From: a virus
Taxonomy: Duplodnaviria; Caudoviricetes
Reading direction: 5' to 3' (one strand)
Length of the DNA: 28,909 nucleotides
Virus record (IMG/VR): IMGVR_UViG_3300049174_000044
Coordinates: 1-28,909 of that record
Below, in pieces: positions 6,398 through 13,552 of the stretch (its first letter is position 1; each line of letters starts with the position of its first letter). Under the pieces are notes generated by a model. That model was not told where the DNA came from. It saw only the letters and a list, made by a program, of their open reading frames with translations, and made no database searches. A program made the position numbers and the translations under genes.

Positions 6398-8527
6398 CTA
6401 TCCGACGACTTCCAATATTCGCGACTCGACGGGAATGGTCGCCACCACCGAACCCGCCACCACTGTTTGGGCGCGGCTTTCGTACCCGATATCCGCTGTT
6501 CGTGATTCTCCCACGATATCGAGCACACGAGACTCGACAACCATGTCCACGACGCGGCATTCAACGACAACCGTCCATTGCCTGCCGCCGGGAATGACGG
6601 TCCCTAAATGAACGGACGCTATTTCGGTGATGGTGATGGGTTCATGGATGGCCAGGGTGTCCATCCCGGTGAGCAGCGCGTCGACGACCCCCACCTGGTC
6701 GGTGATGATGGGGCCGTAATCCGCGATTTTGGTGAGCGCATCGGCCACACCGATGTTGTCTGCGGCGGTGAGGGTGAACGTCAACCCGAACACCGCGCTG
6801 TCAGACAGCGCCACGCCGTCGCTGAGAACACGTGTCGCGGTCCACGCGAACTCGTCGATGGCATCCACACTGTCAGCGGTGGTGTGGACAAAATCGGTGG
6901 TCACACTGACCGCGTCAGCGATACCGACCGGGTCGGTGACATCACGTCCGACGGCGAAATTGACGCTGTCAGCGACTCCGACCGTCTCGGTGACTTGCCT
7001 GCCGACTGTCAGCAGCAGACTGTCGGTGAGCCCTTCCAGATCGGTTGCGGCGCGCGGGAAATCCGTCGCGAACGATGCGCTGTCGGTGAGTCCGACCGGG
7101 TCGGTTTGGGTGCGTCCGGCCTCAACGGTCTTGCTGTCAACGACGCCTACGCTGTCGCTGAACACGCGAACGTAGTCGGCCACCACCGCTAGGATGTCGC
7201 CGACGCTTATCGGGTCGAGCGCGTCGATAGCCCCCGCCGCCTGCGCCACGAACGTCGCAGTGTCGGTTATCCCGACCGTGTCGGTGTAGGTCTGCGCTAC
7301 CGCCGCCGTGTAGGTCAACGCATCAGTTACCCCGACCAGGTCGGTGATGCTGCGCCCGAAATCGCGGCTGATGGTATCGGTTACGCCGACGTTGTCTGCG
7401 GGTGCGCGTACCCAGTCCTGCGCGACAGTGAGGCTGTCGGTGATTCCGGCGGTGTCGGTGAGGGTCCGCGCGTAATCCGTGGCGAAGCTGATCGCGTCGG
7501 TGACGCCGACAGAATCGGTTTGCGGGACGGCGTAGTCGGCGCCGAGCACCCCCGCGTCGGTTATCCCGACCGGGTCGGTTTGGCTGCGAACCCAATCCTG
7601 GGTGACGGTGATCGCGTCGGTGACACCGACCGCATCGGTTGCGGTGCGACCCGCTTCGAGGATCTTGCTGTCGGTGATCCCGACCGGATCGGTCTTGGTG
7701 ACCGGGTAGTCGAACGCCACCGACGCCGAGTCGGTGACGCCGACCGCGTCGCTGATGTCCCGGGTGACCGCGAAGCTGATCGAGTCGCCGATACCGACCG
7801 GATCGGTTTGGGAGCGAACGTAATTCAGTACGTCGCTGTAGTCGTCGAGGAGCCCGACAGGGTCGTTGGGGGAGCTGGTGAAGTTCGACCCGGCGGCGGC
7901 GGCGATCGAGCAGCCGTTCATGCGGGCGTTGTTCGCGGTGCCCGACCAGGTGAACGTCACCGTCGACGCGCCGGCGGCGTCGGCGACCCCGATCCAGCCG
8001 GCGGCGCCGCTGACAACCGACCCCGCCGAATACTGCGACGTTTGGTTGCTGGTGCCGATGGTGACGTTGTTGGACGCCACCGAGAACGCCATCTGATCGG
8101 CGGCCGACGTAACAGCGATGCTCAACACGGTCGCCTGCGCGGGCACGTTGACGATCGGGGTGGTCGCATCCGCGCCCGAATACGCTACCGACTGCCCGGC
8201 GATCGCTGTTTTAGTGGCGGTCCCACCCGCGGTCACGGCGACGGTCTGAGTTCCCGACGGCGGGTTCAACAGCCAGTAAAGCCCGATGCCGGCGCGGCTG
8301 GTGCTCGTGCCCCACTGGTTGAACAGCCGCTCGTTCATGGCGACCCCGCCGTAGGTGACCGAACAGGTGTAGCTCGTGGAGTTCGTCGACACCGACATGT
8401 TCACACCCACCACGACGACGGTGTTGGCGTCCGACGAGGCGATGGTGTGCGACCACGACGTGGACAGGGATGCGCTCGACCCGGTGGTGCGGTTACCGGC
8501 CCCTGAGGAGACCCTGGCGACGGCCAT
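6398..8527 (-). CDS. Repeat-rich minor tail/fibre protein (709 aa)
   Basis: About 210-aa Ser/Thr-rich beta domain (VTYGGVAM..LYWLLNPPSG), about 21 repeats of 18-20 aa, and C-terminal 9-aa xxESRxxxx repeats. Confidence 0.8.
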   Translation of the reverse strand: MAVARVSSGAGNRTTGSSASLSTSWSHTIASSDANTVVVVGVNMSVSTNSTSYTCSVTYGGVAMNERLFNQWGTSTSRAGIGLYWLLNPPSGTQTVAVTAGGTATKTAIAGQSVAYSGADATTPIVNVPAQATVLSIAVTSAADQMAFSVASNNVTIGTSNQTSQYSAGSVVSGAAGWIGVADAAGASTVTFTWSGTANNARMNGCSIAAAAGSNFTSSPNDPVGLLDDYSDVLNYVRSQTDPVGIGDSISFAVTRDISDAVGVTDSASVAFDYPVTKTDPVGITDSKILEAGRTATDAVGVTDAITVTQDWVRSQTDPVGITDAGVLGADYAVPQTDSVGVTDAISFATDYARTLTDTAGITDSLTVAQDWVRAPADNVGVTDTISRDFGRSITDLVGVTDALTYTAAVAQTYTDTVGITDTATFVAQAAGAIDALDPISVGDILAVVADYVRVFSDSVGVVDSKTVEAGRTQTDPVGLTDSASFATDFPRAATDLEGLTDSLLLTVGRQVTETVGVADSVNFAVGRDVTDPVGIADAVSVTTDFVHTTADSVDAIDEFAWTATRVLSDGVALSDSAVFGLTFTLTAADNIGVADALTKIADYGPIITDQVGVVDALLTGMDTLAIHEPITITEIASVHLGTVIPGGRQWTVVVECRVVDMVVESRVLDIVGESRTADIGYESRAQTVVAGSVVATIPVESRILEVVG
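6620..7870 (-). repeat. About 21-22 tandem 18/20-aa coding repeats, consensus (T/S/A)D-x-V-G-(V/I/L)-(T/A)-D
   Basis: For example QTDPVGIGDS, KTDPVGITDS, ATDAVGVTDA, LTDTAGITDS, VTDPVGIADA; degenerate at the DNA level; boundaries approximate. Confidence 0.9.
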
Positions 8528-10144
8528 TCACACCGACCGGATGATGCGCCACTTGGATGTCGCGTTGTTGTACACGAACTCCATGTCGAGCCGGGCGGTG
8601 GTGACCGTCGTCGTGGGCAGCGCGACAGTTGAGGCTTCGAACGCCGACCCGAAACTGATAGCGCGTGCGGCGGTTCCGGTGACCGCGATACCGAGTCGCT
8701 GCCCGGGGCTGGGTGTGCCGGTCGGGTTGTTGATGGTCACCGCCCCGGTCAGGCCGGTGTCCTCGACGTAGTCGGTGGTGTCTGCGTTCACGGTCAGCGA
8801 CGTGGTGTTCGACACCGTCGAAGCGCGCGGAGCCCGGGATGAGACGGTGTCGAGCAGGTTGCCCGGTTTGTCGGTGAACGCCGTTGCGGTGGCCGCCGAT
8901 GCGTGTGAGTTGCCGATCGCTATCGCTGTTTTGGTGTTGCAGTAGATGGCGTATTTGCGTTTGTTGGCGGGGGTGCCGTCGGTGTTGCCGAAGTCGTTGC
9001 CGGTGATCGTGAAAACAGTGCCGCCCGCGTTGGACAGGTTGATATCCGCGTAGGTGTTGTTGGCCGATATACCGTTGGAGTGGAACGTGTTCCCGACGAT
9101 GATGATCTCGTCGGCGGAGGTGTCCAGGAAGATGCCGTCGTTGTCGGCGTGGTCGATGCCCATCCCGACCAGGGTGTGACCGATCCCGTCGATGACGATG
9201 TTTGGTGAGTTCGACCCGCCGAAGATGTCGCCGCCGTAGAACCGGTTGAGCACACTTTTGATGACCAGCGGCGCCTGATTGGCGTCGTGATTACCTGAAA
9301 TCGGTTTGATCCAGGTGGTGTCCGAGCCCCGCACGTCGATGCCGGGGCCGGCGCAACTGGATACCACAACCCGGTCGGCGTAGATGGCGCGCCGGAACCC
9401 GCCGTAGAAGATGCCGGTCGACTTGGTGTTGTACACCTCGACGTTTCTCAGCACCCATTCGTCTTCCTGGGTGGACACGTTCGCGACGAAGTTCAAACCG
9501 ATCCCGCTGGAGGTTTGGTTGACCTTGTTCCCGTCGATCTCGATGTTTTCGATCGTCCCGTAATGGGAGGTGTTCGGGATCGTGATCGAGTTGACGTTAG
9601 TTGAGTTCTTCAACTTCAGGATCGAGCGCTGCGACGTCGGCGCAGTCTGCGAATATTTACCTTGACCGACGCCGAGAATGTGCGGGGCGTTACTGAAGGT
9701 GAGCCCGGTGTGGATGTAGGTCCCGGCGGGGAAGAACGTGATCCCGCCCGCGGCTAAAGCGTTTGTGATGGCTGTGGTGTCGTCGGTGGAGCCGTCGCCG
9801 GTGGCGCCGAACGCTTTGACGTTGTTGACCCAGTTGCCTTTATCGAGAAACGCGCCCGAGTTGAACGTTTTCGCCCCGGTCACGGTTTGTGTCCCGGCCA
9901 ACGCCACCAGGTTCGCGGCGGTGATCCGCGCGTCTGCTGCGGTGCTGAAATCCGAGATGGTGGAAGCTGTTTGGGTGCCGGTATGGTTGGCGCGGGCGAG
10001 CAGGGTGGCGTCAGAAGAGTTGGCTGTGGCCCCGGTGGCGATCCCGGCGAGTTTCGTTGTCGCGGCGTTGGTGTCGGTGCCGAGCCCGTTCATCGCAGCC
10101 GCGGTCACCGAGTCGCCGTTGATGTAGTCGGTTTTGTTGGTCAT
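8528..10144 (-). CDS. Tailspike-like minor tail protein with right-handed beta-helix (Pectate_lyase_3-type), putative depolymerase
   Basis: Likely start ATG 10144 (TGATG overlap). NVKAFGATGDGSTDDTTAI..AL...FFPAGTY cap motif, IDGNK, Asn-rich I.GN repeats, RANHTGTQ fibre motif. Confidence 0.85.
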   Translation of the reverse strand: MTNKTDYINGDSVTAAAMNGLGTDTNAATTKLAGIATGATANSSDATLLARANHTGTQTASTISDFSTAADARITAANLVALAGTQTVTGAKTFNSGAFLDKGNWVNNVKAFGATGDGSTDDTTAITNALAAGGITFFPAGTYIHTGLTFSNAPHILGVGQGKYSQTAPTSQRSILKLKNSTNVNSITIPNTSHYGTIENIEIDGNKVNQTSSGIGLNFVANVSTQEDEWVLRNVEVYNTKSTGIFYGGFRRAIYADRVVVSSCAGPGIDVRGSDTTWIKPISGNHDANQAPLVIKSVLNRFYGGDIFGGSNSPNIVIDGIGHTLVGMGIDHADNDGIFLDTSADEIIIVGNTFHSNGISANNTYADINLSNAGGTVFTITGNDFGNTDGTPANKRKYAIYCNTKTAIAIGNSHASAATATAFTDKPGNLLDTVSSRAPRASTVSNTTSLTVNADTTDYVEDTGLTGAVTINNPTGTPSPGQRLGIAVTGTAARAISFGSAFEASTVALPTTTVTTARLDMEFVYNNATSKWRIIRSV

Positions 10145-10908
10145 CAGTGCTGCCTTATCTCGACGGTCAACGCATGCCACAAACTGGTCGATATGGTCAG
10201 GTTCATCGCCCCGTCGGTGGTGGTGAAGTCCTTCGTGGAGACAGCGAAATCCGTTGAGGCGCCGGTTGCGCGCCGGGTGTAACCGGCCGGGTTGGAACCC
10301 AACGCCGTCCCGAACGACAGGTGGTAGTGCAGGATCGCCGACGTTCCGTCACTGTTGGTCAACGTGACCGACGGCGCGGCGACGGTGGTGGAGGAGCCGT
10401 TGGCTTTCTGATGCCCACCCAGCGGGGTTCCGCTGTTGTTGCGCAGCACCGTCGCGGCGATTCGGTCGGCGTTCGTCCACGTCCCCGTCGTGTGGTTGGT
10501 GGCGGTCGCCACGAAATAGTTGGTTCTCGACCCTTGGCTGGACACGCCCTGGCTGTCGATGTCCACCCACGCCGGAACGGTGCCCGACGCCGTGGGTTTG
10601 GTGGGGATGGTGGCGCCGTTGGACAGGCAGGCACAGATCACGATCACATCCCCCACCGCGTGGGTGGGGATCGCAACCGAATTCGCGTTCGCGACATTCG
10701 TCCCGATGTGGGTGACATTCGGGAGCAGCACGAACGTCGACCCCGAATCGTTCAACCCGACCGGATCAGCCGGGGAACGGGTAAAAGCCGACGTATAGGT
10801 GAACGAGTCGGTGGCGGTGACCGGGTCCGAAGCGGCTTTGCTGTACGTCCAGGCGCGTTTCACCCACCACCCCGTGGTGGACGGCGGCCAATATCCGGGA
10901 GCGGTCAT
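10144..10908 (-). CDS. Minor tail protein (254 aa)
   Basis: Likely start ATG 10908 (ATGA overlap). N-terminal GYW..GWW, then IPTHAVGDVIVI...TSG/TTG-TWTNA-type beta domain recalled from mycobacteriophage minor tail proteins. Confidence 0.8.
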   Translation of the reverse strand: MTAPGYWPPSTTGWWVKRAWTYSKAASDPVTATDSFTYTSAFTRSPADPVGLNDSGSTFVLLPNVTHIGTNVANANSVAIPTHAVGDVIVICACLSNGATIPTKPTASGTVPAWVDIDSQGVSSQGSRTNYFVATATNHTTGTWTNADRIAATVLRNNSGTPLGGHQKANGSSTTVAAPSVTLTNSDGTSAILHYHLSFGTALGSNPAGYTRRATGASTDFAVSTKDFTTTDGAMNLTISTSLWHALTVEIRQH

Positions 10909-11171
10909 GACGTCGTGTAATTCTGTTGGAAATCGGTTGCGGCGCAAGCCGACAACACAACTTTGTTCCACACCAGCACCTGACCCAACTGGCAGGCCAG
11001 CCGCGCCTGGTTCGGGCCGGTCAAATCCAGCCGCCAACCCCCGTCCTTCTGATTGGACAGCACCCCGTAGTAGCCGAGCGGCTCAACCTGATTCAGCGCT
11101 TGCGCCATCTCCTGCCAGGTGGTCATCGGGAAATAGTCCACCTGAACCGGTTTGCTTGTGGCTTTAGCCAT
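10905..11171 (-). CDS. Hypothetical protein (88 aa) in the minor tail block
   Basis: Abuts the upstream stop and overlaps the downstream start (ATGA); no recognised motif. Confidence 0.75.
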   Translation of the reverse strand: MAKATSKPVQVDYFPMTTWQEMAQALNQVEPLGYYGVLSNQKDGGWRLDLTGPNQARLACQLGQVLVWNKVVLSACAATDFQQNYTTS

Positions 11172-13061
11172 TTATGGGGTGTCCTGTCCTGTCCACTGGT
11201 TCACGCCGCCCGGTTTCCCCTGGCTCGACCCGTACATGGCGCCCTGCGCGGACCCGCCGAACCCCCAACACCTGTAGGAGGCGCCGTAGTTGGAGGTGGT
11301 GTCGCCGTAAGCGCCGGAAGCCAACACGGTGGTGCCGATCTTGCATGTGTAAAACCGGGGTGTTGTGGTGGCTTTGTCGCCGCACACCAACGTCAGGACG
11401 GCGCCGTTACCGGGGATCGCAGACAAGGTTCCGTTGGTGAGCACCGCCAGCCCGGGTGTGCCTGTGGTGGTGGTGGCCAGCGACCACGTCCCATACGCGG
11501 ACACAATGAACACCACGAAACTGGTTCCGGTGGTGTTCATCCGCCCTATCACATAGTTCGCGCCCGCATACCCGGTTTTCTTCGTCGGCCCCGAAGACAG
11601 GACTGTCGAGATGGTTTGGTAGTCGATCGTGGATGTCGAGCCGGTCCCGATGAAACGGTTGATCGAATCAACGTTGCCGTTCGGGTAGTCCGAATCCCAG
11701 ACGGCGTTGTGGCCGTCAACAATCCACGTCCCATACCCGGACGAATAACTCTCGGACCAGTTCGACCCCAGTGTGGATGCGGTGCGTTCGAAATCGTCGG
11801 TGGTGACCGCCGCGGTCGGAGTAGCCGCCGTATTGAGTTGCGCTTTTATCTGCTCGATCTGCGCAGCGTTCGACAAGATAGCCTCAGACTGCGCCTGCAA
11901 TGCCGCCGCCGAATCAGTGTGCGAGAACCCGGTTCCCGTCCACCCCAACAAATTATTGACTATGTTGTCGACGGTGCCGGGATGATTCTTGACACCCTCG
12001 GCAGCGGCGAACCAGACTTGCCCGGCGGTCAGGTTGGCGCCGATTTTGAAATGCATCCGGATCTCATCGACCCGCTCATCATCCAGCAAAGGCACCACAT
12101 AGTTCGCTGCGAGTGTCTGCCACGTCCCCGACGAGAACACCGGGGCGACGATACTCGCCAAGTCCTCGAACCCGGTCTCCTCCATCACATGCGTCACCGC
12201 GTTCATCGCATACTTTGTGACACCGATACCGATCGGATTACTGCCGGTGTAGGCGAGACCGGCCCATTTCGTGCGGACGCTCAACGCGACCGACTCGCCA
12301 GGAGAGACACGGATCTGGTTCGACAACAACGAATTCGCGGCCCCGTCGGCGGTCACCTTCGCCGACTGCGACACCGCAGCAGTGTCCGGGTCGGTGAACG
12401 TCGTCGTAGCGTCCTGAACCCAATTACCGCCGGGCATAGGCGAAGTCAGCGCCGTCGAGCCATGGAAGAACGGGTTTACGAAAGCGTTCGGGGAGATCGA
12501 CGTGACCGCCGGGGCGGGCAGCAGACCGGTCATCGTGTAATGCGGGATCTGCCCCGTCAAATTGATCGACGGCACCGGAGTATAAGTACCCAGGGCGCCG
12601 AAGCTGAACAGGTCACCCAAATCGCCGAAAATGCCGGTGATCGCCTCAGTCAACTGCCCCACGATCGGAATCCCGGACAAGAACCCGGAGAAGAAATCGG
12701 TCAAATCGGTGAGGCCGCCGCTGAACAGCCCGGTGATCGCCTCGACGATCTGCCCCAGGATCGGGATACCGGACACGAACCCTTCGAAGAACGCCGCCAA
12801 ATCAGTCAGATCCCCGGACAACAAACCCGTGATCGCTTCGACGATCTGCTCGATCAGCGGCCCGATGAACGGCAGATCGTAAATGAAATTCAGGATCAGA
12901 TCGAAACCACCCTCAGCCGACAGGAAATGCCCGTGCATGGCGTCGTTGATCTGTGTTTCCCAATCGGATTGGGTGGTGGCGGCATAGGCGGCGAAACCTG
13001 GTGCGGCGTTGGTTGCGGTGTCCGGTAAATACGCGTCCGGCTGAATACCGATACTGGTCAC
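11172..13061 (-). CDS. Minor tail protein (629 aa) with helical repeats and beta-sandwich domains
   Basis: GTGA-coupled. Three ~32-aa IP(I)xGQ(I/L)xEAITG repeats, a CBM-like central domain (W..L...YVVP..GQVWF), and a C-terminal DDFER...LG.NW...YR.WGFG domain. Confidence 0.85.
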   Translation of the reverse strand: MTSIGIQPDAYLPDTATNAAPGFAAYAATTQSDWETQINDAMHGHFLSAEGGFDLILNFIYDLPFIGPLIEQIVEAITGLLSGDLTDLAAFFEGFVSGIPILGQIVEAITGLFSGGLTDLTDFFSGFLSGIPIVGQLTEAITGIFGDLGDLFSFGALGTYTPVPSINLTGQIPHYTMTGLLPAPAVTSISPNAFVNPFFHGSTALTSPMPGGNWVQDATTTFTDPDTAAVSQSAKVTADGAANSLLSNQIRVSPGESVALSVRTKWAGLAYTGSNPIGIGVTKYAMNAVTHVMEETGFEDLASIVAPVFSSGTWQTLAANYVVPLLDDERVDEIRMHFKIGANLTAGQVWFAAAEGVKNHPGTVDNIVNNLLGWTGTGFSHTDSAAALQAQSEAILSNAAQIEQIKAQLNTAATPTAAVTTDDFERTASTLGSNWSESYSSGYGTWIVDGHNAVWDSDYPNGNVDSINRFIGTGSTSTIDYQTISTVLSSGPTKKTGYAGANYVIGRMNTTGTSFVVFIVSAYGTWSLATTTTGTPGLAVLTNGTLSAIPGNGAVLTLVCGDKATTTPRFYTCKIGTTVLASGAYGDTTSNYGASYRCWGFGGSAQGAMYGSSQGKPGGVNQWTGQDTP

Positions 13062-13552
13062 GACCCGTCCTCCTGTTCCTGGCGGTAGTCCTCGGCGTAT
13101 TCCTGCATCAGTAGGAACCGCTCCCGAGGAGTGAGGTCTTTGTCCAACTCCCGGCGTAGCTCAGCTTTTTGCTGCGCGGACGGAACAGAATCGACGGCTC
13201 TGCGGGCGGGTGTGCGCTCATCGGGGTCGTCGGGGGCGTCTGCGCGAACCCAGTAGCCTGGCGCGGTGAACGCGTTAGGCTCCGACGCAGACGGCATCCG
13301 GTACTTCAGCGTCGGATCTGCGACGGGTCTGCATCCTAAGTCCCACAGCCGTTTCGACACCAACTGTAAGTAATCAATGTTCATGATCAGCGGGCCTCCG
13401 TTCTGCCCCGGCCACGCCACCAACATCCACAGGAACGCTTCGTAAGGGTTTTCGGGGTCGCAGTTCTCCCTCAGCGGGAAACCCTTGTCGAACTTCTTGA
13501 ATCCTTTGGGCCGTTTCTCACCCGGCCGGCCCAGATACGGCGCGGTGGTCAC
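13058..13552 (-). CDS. DUF2744-like minor tail-associated protein (164 aa)
   Basis: Likely start GTG 13552 (GTGA). P..E.CDP.NP.EAFLW.LVA.P ...SKRLWDLG ...PG.WV; usual position after the hub gene in mycobacteriophages. Confidence 0.85.
   Translation of the reverse strand: MTTAPYLGRPGEKRPKGFKKFDKGFPLRENCDPENPYEAFLWMLVAWPGQNGGPLIMNIDYLQLVSKRLWDLGCRPVADPTLKYRMPSASEPNAFTAPGYWVRADAPDDPDERTPARRAVDSVPSAQQKAELRRELDKDLTPRERFLLMQEYAEDYRQEQEDGS

Noticed and set aside
6620-7870. Periodic repeats as a CRISPR array or diversity-generating retroelement template
   Set aside because: Repeats are degenerate, in frame and conserved at protein level; no cas or reverse transcriptase gene and no adenine-specific variant pair seen.
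10926-13028. 700-aa plus-strand ORF
   Set aside because: Antisense shadow of the minor tail gene in high-GC DNA; Arg/Gly-rich with no recognisable motif.
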